Below, in pieces: positions 11,178-21,424 of a stretch of DNA of 64,000 nucleotides. Each line of letters begins with the position of its first letter. Position 1 is the stretch's first letter. The notes beneath the pieces were generated by a model that worked only from the letters and a program-made list of their open reading frames with translations, did not search any database and was not told the DNA's origin. The DNA is taken from NCBI RefSeq assembly GCF_000372725.1, contig NW_005201249.1, forward strand, positions 272,198 to 336,197, in the 5' to 3' direction. A program made the position numbers and the translations under genes. The stretch is from Emiliania huxleyi CCMP1516. Taxonomy: Eukaryota.

Positions 11178-14100
11178 CTTTTGAGCGGCATGGAGGCTGC
11201 GCGCTGCTAGCGCGTCGGCGGGGGTGGCGCTGCCATATGCAAGCGCACTTGAGGCCGTCTGACGGTCCTGGTCGCTTCAGCAACGCCACTACACCCCACG
11301 AGTGTCGCTCGTCTGGAAAGCGAGGGCCTCGTCTCCAGCCCGGCTGCGGCCGGGCACCTGGCGTCCACCACGGGCGTGCACAGAGGGTGCAGCGGTGGAA
11401 GATCCCAACTCATGTCATCTACTCGCAGAACGCACGTGGGCTCAAGACCGACAGCGCTCTCACCGAGGCTATCGACGCTCTCCGACACCGCTCAGGCTTC
11501 TCTGCCGGGCTGCAGGAGACGTGGAGAACGGGCCTGGAGGAGATTGAGGAGGACGGCTTCGTCTTCCTCGGCGCTGCACCCGCTGTACAGAACGGACGCG
11601 GCTCAAAAGGAGTCGGCATCCTGCTCTCGCCACTGGCTGTCGCTGCGTGGCGAGCAGCTGGAGCCGTTGTGCACAACGACGTAGGCCCGCGGGTTATCGC
11701 AGTGCGTATGGAGGTTGAAGATTCGGCTGGCAGGAAGCAGGGACTGTTTCAAGTGGCGTCGTATGCGCCTATCTCGACAGCCCCGGACACCGAAAAGGAC
11801 GAATATGAGACCGCTCTCGCCTGTGTGCTCTCGCGACGGCAGTCCGGCGACATTGTGATTGTCTGTGCTGACACCAATGCGAGCATCGGACGCGGCTGCC
11901 TTGGCGGCCAAAATGTCAACTACGGTGCGGTCGGTTCTCATGGTATCGACTTTCTCAATGACTCTGGGCGCCGCCTGCGCTCGTTTATGGAGCTGCACGA
12001 CCTTGCTGCACTGTCCTCGTTCTTCAAGAAGCCGTTTTACGGGACGTGGCTGCACCCGTGCAGTAAGCTGCAGAAGCAGCTGGATCACATCATGATCTCT
12101 CGATGCGACTTGAAGAGATTCACAGACGCCGGGGCATGCTGTGGACAGTTGATCGACAGCGACCACAGTGCTGTCTTCTGCAAGCTGCGCTTCACAGTGC
12201 GGCTTCGACGCAAACTGGAGCCGCGTGCTCAGCTCGCTCGACTCGACACCGCACCGTTGCTGAACCAGGACCAGGCGGTCCAGTTCGCTACGGATGTGGT
12301 GACGAGCCTCGGCACATCCGACGCCTCGGCCGTATCGTACTCAACACTGGCCAAGGCGGTGGAAAAGACCGCTGCCGAGACGCTCCCCAAGCGTGAGCGG
12401 CCTGCGCCGCTGTGGTTTGCGGCGAAGGAGGGCGTTTTGCGTGCCGCCATCGCGAACCGCAACGCCACCTTCAACGCTCATCAGCGGCAACCGACGGCGG
12501 ACGCTGCCGCTCGATATCGACAGGCGCGCTCACGCGTGCAGCTCGAAATCAGGCGTGCCAAGTCGGATTGGATCCTCGGCAAATGCACCGCCATCAACGA
12601 TGGCATCTGCGGCGCCACGGGATCCGCGGCCGCCTGGGCGACCGTAAAGGTGCTCAAGGCTGGCCTCGCGCCGCCGCGCCGTGCACCACCGGCAAAGATG
12701 AAAAAGGCCGATGGCTCTCTCGCTGACACGCCAGAGGAGAATGCGAGCGTCTTTGCCGACGCGTTCTCCCAGCTGTATGGTCGAGAGGCGTCCTTCGACC
12801 CCTCGGTGCTCGACGACCTGCCACAGAGGCCGGTCGCCGTTGGTCTTGACCACGTACCGTCGGACGACGAGATTCAGCTGGCGACGAGCAAGCTGCACGC
12901 TACTGCTCCGGGCCCATCAGGCCTGCATGCACGGCTGTGGCAGGCTCTCGTGTCGACGAGCGACGGATTTGGCTTCGTGAGACATCTCGTGCAACACTTC
13001 TGGGAGACCGAAGAGTTGCCCGAGGGGTGGGAGACGGGGCTGCTCAGTATCCTGCCCAAGAAGGGTGACCTGAGCCTCCCTGGAAACTACCGTGGGATCA
13101 TGATGCTCGAGACGGCGTACAAGATCGCTGGCAACATCATCCTCGTTCGGCTCAAACCGATCAAGGAGGGTGGAACGCTGAATCACGAGAACCAAAACGG
13201 CTTCCGGCCGAACCGTGGCTGCTTCGACGCGATATTCTCGATCAAAACGCTGATCAAGAAGCGTCGAGAGCACGGCCTCGAGACCTGGCTGTTGCTAATC
13301 GACCTGGTCAAGGCGTTTGACCGTGTACCGCGCGAGCTGCTTTGGCGCGTGATGCTGAAGCAGGGCGTGCCTCCCAAGATCGTCTCGCTGCTGAAGGCGC
13401 TGCATGCGACGGTCAAGGTCCAGTTCGAGGTGGGTGGCGTGAAGAAGGTGATCGACTCGATTATCGGCGTCAAGCAGGGCGACCTACTCGGCCCCGAGTT
13501 GTTCATCTTTTTCATGGCGGCGGTCATGGAGACGTGGCGCCTCCACCACGACTTCGAGCTGTGCGTCGTCCGCTCGAAGAACGATTTTGTCCTCACCGGT
13601 CGGCGCCCGTCTACCGTCGGCGATGTTGAGTTCTCCCTCAGAGACTCCATGTACGCCGACGACGCGGGCCTCGCCTTCTGCTCTCGGCGCGGCGTCGAGG
13701 TCGAGACGCCCAAGGTGGTCGCGCACTTCGCTCGCTGGGGCATGGAGATCCACGTCGGCAAGGACGGCTCCAACGGCGAGCCTCGCAAGGACTCGAAGTC
13801 GGAGGTGCTCTTCTGCGCGGCGGCGCCGACCTCGTACAACAACCCCGCCACCTACGACGGCGCCGACCTGTCCGACATCAAGCTGCCCGGCGGCTGCTTC
13901 ATGCCGGTCGTGGACCGCTTCAAATATCTTGGGAGCTACCTCAACCGCGACTGCAGCGACGGGCTCGACGTCGACAGCCGGATCGAGTCGGCAGGCCGAG
14001 CTTTTGGCGCTCTTCGGAAGTGCCTTTTCAGCTCGAGGGACGTCTCGTTTGCCGCCAAGCGCGCGGTCTACACCTCGCTCATCCTCTCCATCCTGCTCTA

Positions 14101-14804
14101 CGGGTGCGAGTGCTGGGCGCTCACCGAGCGCCTCCTCCACCGTCTCCGCGTCTTCCACGCACAGTGCGTGCGTGCGATGTGTCGTGTCACTCGCAAGCAC
14201 GTGTGGGAGCACCACATCACGACTGGCGAACTCTGCGCCAGGCTAGGTCTCGACTTCATCGACTACTACATCGACCGACGCCGGCTGGGCTGGCTCGGGC
14301 ATGTCAGCAGGATGGATTTCAATCGCCTACCTCGTCGCATGCTCTCATCGTGGGTGCCTCACGGCCGGCCGATCGGGTGCCCCAACATGACGTTTGGGCG
14401 CAGCATCCGCACCGCGCTCGACAAGTTCCACATCGGCCGCTCGAGGTGGCCCGAGCTCGCCGCCGATCGCTCGGCCTGGCGCCAGGCGCTGGAGAACAGG
14501 CGCCCGCCCGACGCCTTCTTTGCCATGCCAGCGAGGGCTAGGCCGCCCTCCCCGCGCATTGCGCGCACTAAACCAGTGCGCTCATGCTTGGCGAGAACCA
14601 ATGCAGCGATGGACAGCTCGCTACAGGCGCTCGCGGGGTCGTGAGTGGGGGTCCCCACCGCTGCCCCTCTGACTAAACTTTTGTCTGTGGTGATGCCTTT
14701 CCCTGAGAACGCACACAACGCCTCGTGTGTAATGCCCTGTGTTTCCGCGAGTGCGTGTGCCCCGTCGTCCATGCTAGGACGTGTGTAACACTGACTGACT
14801 GACT
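11178..14804 (+). mobile_element. Apparently full-length RTE-like non-LTR retrotransposon
   Basis: Flanked by the 14-bp direct repeat GGGCACCCTACAAT (11164-11177, 14805-14818); 3' tail (CTGA)n at 14791-14804; single APE-RT ORF. Confidence 0.95.
11237..14644 (+). CDS. LINE ORF: AP endonuclease + reverse transcriptase
   Basis: SQNARGL, GLQETW, SYAP, ADTNA, QLDHIM, SDH (APE); PKKGD..NYRGI, QNGFR, DLVKAFDRV, GVKQGD, YADD, FKYLGS, WLGHVSRM (RT); no stops; first element-internal in-frame ATG at 11237. Confidence 0.95.
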   Translation: MQAHLRPSDGPGRFSNATTPHECRSSGKRGPRLQPGCGRAPGVHHGRAQRVQRWKIPTHVIYSQNARGLKTDSALTEAIDALRHRSGFSAGLQETWRTGLEEIEEDGFVFLGAAPAVQNGRGSKGVGILLSPLAVAAWRAAGAVVHNDVGPRVIAVRMEVEDSAGRKQGLFQVASYAPISTAPDTEKDEYETALACVLSRRQSGDIVIVCADTNASIGRGCLGGQNVNYGAVGSHGIDFLNDSGRRLRSFMELHDLAALSSFFKKPFYGTWLHPCSKLQKQLDHIMISRCDLKRFTDAGACCGQLIDSDHSAVFCKLRFTVRLRRKLEPRAQLARLDTAPLLNQDQAVQFATDVVTSLGTSDASAVSYSTLAKAVEKTAAETLPKRERPAPLWFAAKEGVLRAAIANRNATFNAHQRQPTADAAARYRQARSRVQLEIRRAKSDWILGKCTAINDGICGATGSAAAWATVKVLKAGLAPPRRAPPAKMKKADGSLADTPEENASVFADAFSQLYGREASFDPSVLDDLPQRPVAVGLDHVPSDDEIQLATSKLHATAPGPSGLHARLWQALVSTSDGFGFVRHLVQHFWETEELPEGWETGLLSILPKKGDLSLPGNYRGIMMLETAYKIAGNIILVRLKPIKEGGTLNHENQNGFRPNRGCFDAIFSIKTLIKKRREHGLETWLLLIDLVKAFDRVPRELLWRVMLKQGVPPKIVSLLKALHATVKVQFEVGGVKKVIDSIIGVKQGDLLGPELFIFFMAAVMETWRLHHDFELCVVRSKNDFVLTGRRPSTVGDVEFSLRDSMYADDAGLAFCSRRGVEVETPKVVAHFARWGMEIHVGKDGSNGEPRKDSKSEVLFCAAAPTSYNNPATYDGADLSDIKLPGGCFMPVVDRFKYLGSYLNRDCSDGLDVDSRIESAGRAFGALRKCLFSSRDVSFAAKRAVYTSLILSILLYGCECWALTERLLHRLRVFHAQCVRAMCRVTRKHVWEHHITTGELCARLGLDFIDYYIDRRRLGWLGHVSRMDFNRLPRRMLSSWVPHGRPIGCPNMTFGRSIRTALDKFHIGRSRWPELAADRSAWRQALENRRPPDAFFAMPARARPPSPRIARTKPVRSCLARTNAAMDSSLQALAGS

Positions 14805-15028
14805 GGGCACCCTACAATTGTACGTGGCGAGTAGAGGCCCCGCCCACCCAGGGTACCCTCTCCGAGGACCACCCATTTGGGCTCTTTCGAGGACTCGCCG
14901 GGGCTCTGCTCCAAGAGACCTCGACGCAGCGCGCGTTTCTCTTCTCGCCGGGGAGAACGAGACCCTAAACCGAAAAAAAAAGACGCGGGCAATCAACAGA
15001 GAGAAGGCTCGGTGTGCAAGCTCTCTTG

Positions 15029-15494
15029 ATGCCGGTGGGTGTTGTGGCGGAGGCGGCGCCCGCGGCGTCCAGCAGCGGCGTCGGGCTCGAGGCGATCGCC
15101 TCGTCCAACATGGCGCCGTTCCTGACGAAGCTGTTTGACATCGTCTCCGCGACGACGACAGGTGCGCAGCTTCAGTTTACTGCGTCGCACCCCGGCCGGC
15201 GCAAGGGATAAACCAGACCGGGGCGGCGGCGCGGAGTCGGGGGCTGCTGCGTCCGAGAGAGGGCACCTCCGTCGGCCGGCGCCTCTCGCTGGCCAGCGCG
15301 GCCACACGACTCATCCCGTTGCACTCGGTCGTCCATGTTATTCCTCCTTTCCCGCGCGCCACAGACCGCTGCATCGCGTGGACATCGCGCGGCGATTCGT
15401 TTGTCATCTCGGACCCGGACGGCTTCGCGCGTGACATCCTCCCCACATACTTCAAGCACAACAACATCCGCTCTTTTGTCCGCCAGCTCAACAC
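15029..15494 (+). CDS. HSF-type DNA-binding transcription factor (5' part; remainder lost in gap 15773-15872)
   Basis: [55 protein letters not shown] is an HSF DNA-binding domain. Confidence 0.9.
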
Positions 15495-16018
15495 GTGCGC
15501 CGCCGGCTGCCTCTCCGCTCCTCGCACTCTCTCCCCCTCCCCCCTGCCCCCTTCCCCCGCCCTCTCCCTCCTTGCCCCCATCTCTCCACCTTCCCCAAGC
15601 GCCTTCCCCTCCCCTCCCCTCCTCCCCAACCTCCCTCGCTACCCCCCCCCACCCCCCCATAAACTATCAACACATCAATCCATACCTCTACCATTCTACC
15701 ACTACATCAACCCATCTATTCTTCTCATCCTCAACACACTCACTCTAAAAATCCTCCTTCTACAAATTCTCANNNNNNNNNNNNNNNNNNNNNNNNNNNN
15801 NNNNNNNNNNNNNNNNNNNNNNNNNNNNNNNNNNNNNNNNNNNNNNNNNNNNNNNNNNNNNNNNNNNNNNNNCGAGCCCAGGCGCCCCAGGGTGGAGAAC
15901 GACAGAGACGTACCGTATCAGTACACACACACTTTTCGTGACCTGACCATATCTTGGTCTCTCGCGCACATGCCGACACATCTCATGGCATGTGTACCTT
16001 TCATCTCGCAGACGGCGA

Positions 16019-19000
16019 TCAACTGCTGGCCTCGACTGTTGGAGACGCCGCGCCATCGGCTTGCTGCGGGGCCTCATCGGGCGCCTCGACGGCGACGACG
16101 TACGCCGCGAGCACCCGTTGTTGGTTGTCGTCTCGCGCCGGCGCGGCGCCGCCAACGAGGCACGAGCAGAGGCGGCCAACGATGTCCATGCTCGCCCGCT
16201 GCAGCCCAAAGAGCAAGAAGGAGAGGAGGCCCTGCCCGTCCTCCAGCGCGACCATCACCATGACCAGCTCGACGGTGGCGGTCGTCTGCGCGATCCCTCC
16301 CTGGTCGCGGTAGTACCAGCCGCACAGGCCCGCCTGGCCGAGGCACTTGAGCGCCATCGCCGCAACCAACACGCCGACGGAGAGCGGGTACGGGAACGGG
16401 CTCGTGTCGCCCGGCGCCGGCACGCTCAAAAGCACCGTCTGGCTCCGGCGGCGGCCAGGCATGTCGCGTGCTACTGCGAGCAGACACGCCAGCTTGGCTG
16501 TCCCAAAAAGGGCGTAGAGCACCGCAAAGGCCAGCGCCTGCTTCCGGCCGTACGCGAGCCAGTAGTCGGTGCCCACGTCGGCGGGCGACGGCCGCGGCGG
16601 CCCCGCGGCGCCCAGCGAGAAGGGGAGCGAGATCGCGAGGCCGACGGCAGCCGAAGCGGCCAAGTGGAGGCCGAGCCCGAGGCGGCGTTGCGGCTTCCCG
16701 CGCAGGCGGCTGCTGCGTGCCCAGTCGAGGGCGAGGAGGAGGAGGGAGGCGTTCGTGGACCAGCGCAGCGCGTCGATGGCCGCGTACTGCAACCTGTAGG
16801 TGGGCGTGTCGGAGGGGCGCATGCCGAGCGAGTGGTTCGCCGCCTGGACGCCGCAAAAGGAAGCGGCGAGGAGGCCCTGCAGCACGAAGTGGGCGAGCAG
16901 CTTGCGCATGCCGCGGCTCCGCCGCCAGTCCGGAGTGAGCGCGCCGGTCAGCGCGAGGCAGACGCCCCCGGCGAGGGAGAGGCAGAGCATCGCGAAGGAG
17001 AAGGTCGCCTTGATGCGCATCGCCTCGCGCGGGCTTGACTCGGAGGCGAGGATGCCCGCAAAGAAGAGGAGCAGGAAGGCGGCAACCTTGTTGAGGGCGA
17101 GCGCCGAGCTCAGCGTCGCGAGGAGCGGGCCGGAGGCGCCGTAGATGCGCGCGATCACGAGCGCCGAGTTCGCGCACGGCAGCAGGGCGTAGAGGAAGAT
17201 GTAGTCGCCGTCGGGCTCGACCCAGCGCATCGCGAGGAAGGCGGCCATCGGTAGACAGAGGCTCTTGAGGGCGACCACGGCGAGAGGCAGCACCGCGGCA
17301 GGCAGCGAAGTGAGCGAGTCGAAGGCGCCGACGAAGCCGAAGCCGCCGATGAGGTAGACGAGCGGCTGAAAGGGCCGGCCGAGTAGCTCGATGGGATACG
17401 ATGCGAACCAGGGCAGCGGCGCCGCGACGATGAGGCGGTACGCGAGGCCGGCGAAGACCGAGAGGACGAGCATGTTCGATCGGAGGCCCACGAGCACGGT
17501 GCACAGGGTGGCGGCGAGGGACGGCCGGACGGCTGGCTCGCCGCTCCTCGCGCCGCTGACGCCGAGGAGGACGTACGCGAGCGGGTTGAAGAGGAGGGCC
17601 TGCCGGGGCCGGGGTCGGGGGTGGGGGTCAGGGTCAGGGTCGGCGGCTGGAGCGGGCTGGGTAGGAGCGGCGAGGAGGAGGTCCCGCATCGCGGCGAGGG
17701 TTAGGGTTAGGGTTGGGAGGGCTGGGGAGCAGGAGGTCCCGCATCGCGGCGAGGGTTAGGGTTAGGGTTGGGAGGGCTGGGGAGCAGGAGGGCCTGCATC
17801 GCGGCGAGGGTTAGGGTTAGGGTTGGGAGGGCTGGGGAGCAGGAGGGCCTGCATCGCGGCGAGGACGTAGAGCGCGTCGACGCGGCCGGGGAAGAGGATG
17901 CCGAGGATGGGGACGCCGAGCCCGACGTCGTCGCTGTTTGTGCCGAAGATGGCAAACAGCGCCCCTCGCAGGAGGGGCTCCCCGGGCGCGCCGCCCGCGC
18001 GTGAGGCGGAGCGGGAGCCGATCAGGTACGCGGCTCCGAAGACGAGCGCCTTTGCCGAGCCGATCACGAGCATCAGCGGGAGGATGCCGGCGGCGGGCTG
18101 CAGCTCGGCGAGCGCGCTGAAGAGCACGCACGGAAAGCCGATCACCGCGACGTAGTGCCCGATTCCCGCCTCGGTGACGGGCGTGACTGCGCCGGACCGC
18201 TTGAGCAGGAAGCCGAGCAGCTGGATGCTCATCACCTCCAGCAGCACCTTGCCGAGCATCTCGAGCGCGTCCGGGCTCAAGTGGCCGCCCGGCGGCGGCG
18301 CCGCGGGCGGCGCATCCACCGCGGTCGTCGGCGGCGCCCGGAGCGCATCCGACGGGCGGGCGGCAGAGGGGTCGGCTGCAGAGGGCTCGGCTGCTGGGCT
18401 CGGCCCGAAGACGCCGAGCAGCACCGCGCCGGCGACGACGGTCGCGGCGGAGGCGAAGAAGACCGCGATGGCGGAAGGCTGGCGGATCTCGCGGAAGAGG
18501 AAGATGCCGAGCAGCCCTGCGACGACCAGTGAGGCCTGCAGGATCGGGTACGCGACGCCGTACGGGACGGAGTAGGCCGACATGGCGAGGAGCTGGCAGG
18601 CGTTGGACAGGTTCCAAACCAGCCCCGAGCCGAGCCCCGCGAGGAGCGTGCCGCGGCTACCGAGCGGCACGGGCTCGCCGCGGCAGGCACGGAAGGCGGC
18701 TGCGAGGCTGGCCGCCGCAGCGAGGCAGCCGCAGCCAAACGAGGGCAAAAAGGCGAGCGAGGCGACGCCAGAGAACTCGTCCGAGGGGAGGAACTTGAGC
18801 GGCACCAGCACCGACCCGCCAAACAGGCCCACACTGGCCGCGGCACAGATCCCGAGCGGCCGTGACCCGCCCACTCCGCCGCCGCGCTCTGCCGCGGCCA
18901 AGGCTGCCGCCGCTCCCGCAGAAGTCACAGTCAGCGGCGGCGTGTCCGGCGACTCTACTGCGTCACCCGTCGGGCTGCTGGCTCCACTGCTGGTGGCGGT

Positions 19001-19521
19001 GCCAGTGGCGGTGGCAGCACCGCCGCCAGCCATGAGCGGCTCGAGCGTCGGCGGCACGCCCCGCTGCTCGATCCACCCGCCCAGCTCGTCACTCTTGACA
19101 ATGCCGGCCACCCCGAGCAGGAGGAGGCCTGCAGCGAGGAGGCTCAAAGGGAGAGAGACCACCGGCAGCCCGACTGGTGTGGGACCAAGAGTGCCCCACA
19201 GGAACGCAACCAGGATGGCAGCGCCGCCCCAGACTCCCTGCGCCGTGGACAGGCCGACGTTTGCGCAGGCGACAAAAGAGAGCGACGAGGCACCAACAAA
19301 GAGTGCGCCGGCGAGGGCGCCGAGAGGAACGACGGCAGGCGGGTGGCCGAGCAGACCCATGAACGGGAGCACGGCGCACGACGACGCCCACACTCCCAGC
19401 GCGAGGTAGAGGTTGAAGATGAATGGGTGGACAAGGCCCGCGCTCTCGAGCTTGGAGAAGGCGGCGAACGATCCGTTGAAAACCGCGCTAAGCACTGCGA
19501 GGGAAAGGCCGACGGCGGACG
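16019..19521 (-). CDS. Polytopic membrane protein: TMEM144/DMT-like domain + PIN/AEC-like transporter + GPCR-like domain (GPR155/LYCHOS-like); 5' end in gap
   Basis: ORF 17762-19495 runs from SAVFNGSF..HPFIFNLY..GLSTAQGVWGG..GLFGGSVLVPLK..SGLVWNLSN..GIFLFREI without a stop into LLEVMSIQLLGFL..FPCVLFSALA..NSDDVGLGVPI; after intron 17600-17848 come LLPCANS and a multi-TM tail ending EDGQGLLSFLLFGLQ. Confidence 0.75.
17600..17848. repeat. Intronic tandem repeat containing telomere-like (TTAGGG) blocks and copies of the exon end
   Basis: Three ~55-bp units GCATCGCGGCGAGGGTTAGGGTTAGGGTTGGGAGGGCTGGGGAGCAGGAGG. Confidence 0.9.
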
Positions 19522-20089
19522 NNNNNNNNNNNNNNNNNNNNNNNNNNNNNNNNNNNNNNNNNNNNNNNNNNNNNNNNNNNNNNNNNNNNNNNNNNNNNNN
19601 NNNNNNNNNNNNNNNNNNNNNCGGAAATTGCCATGTTGTGACCGTGCAACATGCACGGTCTACAGTCTACCACATTACTGTGTATATCTGAGACTTCGCA
19701 AGCAATTAAAAATAAAAAACTCTCACTTCCGCGCTCGTGAGAGGTGGACGTGAGAGGCTCCATGCAAGGCGGCGTGATCACGCGTGTGAGCTGTGTCCCG
19801 TGTGACTGTGAGGCGCTGACGACTACTACGAGATCTACGACGTCGGTGTCCGACGTGCGAGCGACGGGGTGTCGGAACTCGGATGGGTGAGCCGCACCAC
19901 GCGCGCACGTGGACTGGAGGCGGCACGAGCCGGCAGCCGCCGCCCAGGGCCGCCGCTCCGGCCCCCGCCGCCGGCGCTCTCCGCCCGCGGTGGAAACTCT
20001 CGCGGGAAATCGCGGGTGGGAGAGAACGAGGCCAACAAATTGGCGTGTAAGAGAGAGAAGTTGGTGTAGATTGGGAGTGGGAGTCAGCG

Positions 20090-20109
20090 GAGAGAGAGAG
20101 GGAGGGAGG

Positions 20110-20171
<62 letters not shown>

Positions 20172-20178
20172 GCGAGCG

Positions 20179-20209
<31 letters not shown>
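20090..20209. repeat. (GA)n / (GAGC)n microsatellite
   Basis: Direct reading. Confidence 0.95.
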
Positions 20210-20257
20210 TGGGACCTACTGAGCGCATGTGGCGTCGATGGATGGGGCGCCCCTGCG

Positions 20258-20989
20258 CTAGAGTTCCTCCTTCGGCTCGCCCTTCTTCTTCTTTTTCCTC
20301 TTCTTCTTCTTTTGAGGGCTCGTCTGCGGGAGAGCGAGGGACGGCTCAGGGACGGCTCGGCGGCTACAGGACAGCTGCACGGAGCACTGGCGACGCGATG
20401 CATCTCGGGTGGTGGCGCCCGTCCTCCCGGTGGCCGGGCGGCGGTCCGGCCAGGGCGCGGTGAGCGGTGCGCGCCGGCGGCTTGGACGGCGGCTCGTCTT
20501 TCTCGTCCTCGTACTTGTCCTTGCACGACTCGGGGCAGGTGGTGGCCATGAAGGCGCGGTTGGAAAGGCACTCGCCCTTGGCGGCCCAGTTGTGGCAGTG
20601 AAAGTTCTTGTCGATCGGCGCGTCCGGGTACGCCTTTCGCCGGTGCTCGAACCTGGCGGCAGCAGGGTCAGAGTGTCGGCCGGGCAAGTGGTGGCGGGCA
20701 CTGGAGGCGCGCGCGCGCCACTCCCAGCACGAGTACTTGCACGAGTCATGCATGTACCCCGGGTTGGACTTGCACTGCCCGTCGGCCGCCCACCTGCGCA
20801 ACGCAGAGGCGGCGGCTGCTCGGTCGCTGGGCGCAGCTCTCGTGGCAGGGCGGCGGGCGATGCACACTCGTAGCACTGGCTGCCGCCCTTGTCGCCGTCC
20901 TCCTTGAATGGGTTCTCCTCCTCTGCCGCCGCAGCGCCGACGGACAGGCCGAGGAGGAGAAGCGCGAGGCTCCGCGTCGCGGCAAACAT
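20258..20989 (-). CDS. Signal-peptide protein with two ShKT-like domains and C-terminal KEEL
   Basis: Signal MFAATRSLALLLLGLSVGAAAA; CYE|WAADGQCKSNPGYMHDSCKYSC and HCHNWAAKGECLSNRAFMATTCPESC; ends KKKKGEPKEEL. Confidence 0.85.
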   Translation of the reverse strand: MFAATRSLALLLLGLSVGAAAAEEENPFKEDGDKGGSQCYECASPAALPRELRPATEQPPPLRCAGGRPTGSASPTRGTCMTRASTRAGSGARAPPVPATTCPADTLTLLPPGSSTGERRTRTRRSTRTFTATTGPPRASAFPTAPSWPPPAPSRARTSTRTRKTSRRPSRRRAPLTAPWPDRRPATGRTGATTRDASRRQCSVQLSCSRRAVPEPSLALPQTSPQKKKKRKKKKKGEPKEEL

Positions 20990-21106
20990 CGAGCGGGGTG
21001 GGGCTCGCTAAAAGGTCGGCGTGAAAGTGCCACCGAACTTCTGCTACGGTACACCAGAAGGCCGTGTTAGCTCTGAAAAAAGAATTTCCACGCCGCTTAT
21101 TTCGAC

Positions 21107-21239
21107 GAAGAGGCAGACTCCCCAGGGTGGGCGACGGCTAGCGCATCACACTCCTCTCCTTAAAATCCCTGTGTGGTGGCGGCGTGCCGTTCTCCCATCC
21201 CTCCCTTGGGTTGTCTGTTTTCTTTCTTTCTTTCTTTCT
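21107..21239 (+). mobile_element. Family A repeat, short 5'-truncated copy
   Basis: Matches positions ~40-166 of the window with a (TTTC)n tail. Confidence 0.85.
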
Positions 21240-21424
21240 GGACCCTGTGGTCCTCCTCCCCCATCCCTCGTTTGGGTTTGTCCATTTTCTTTATTCTCCG
21301 TTCTTTCTTTTTTCAAAGCACCGTTTCCACCAACAAAAGAAGGAGGAAACAAACCGTGAACCAAACCACACGAGGAGCGCAGAGTTGTCACACCCTCAGC
21401 GCCGCCGCCCCCACACGCGAGCCC

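Noticed and set aside
11178..11410. Self-cleaving ribozyme in the LINE 5' region
   Set aside because: Known for some RTE elements, but no convincing hammerhead (CTGAnGA/GAAA) or HDV fold could be identified by eye; needs a covariance search
15992..17504. 348-aa and 476-aa overlapping ORFs
   Set aside because: Alternative-frame shadows of the membrane protein gene
17697..17826. True telomere / chromosome end
   Set aside because: Only 2-3 repeats per block, internal to an intron with genes on both sides
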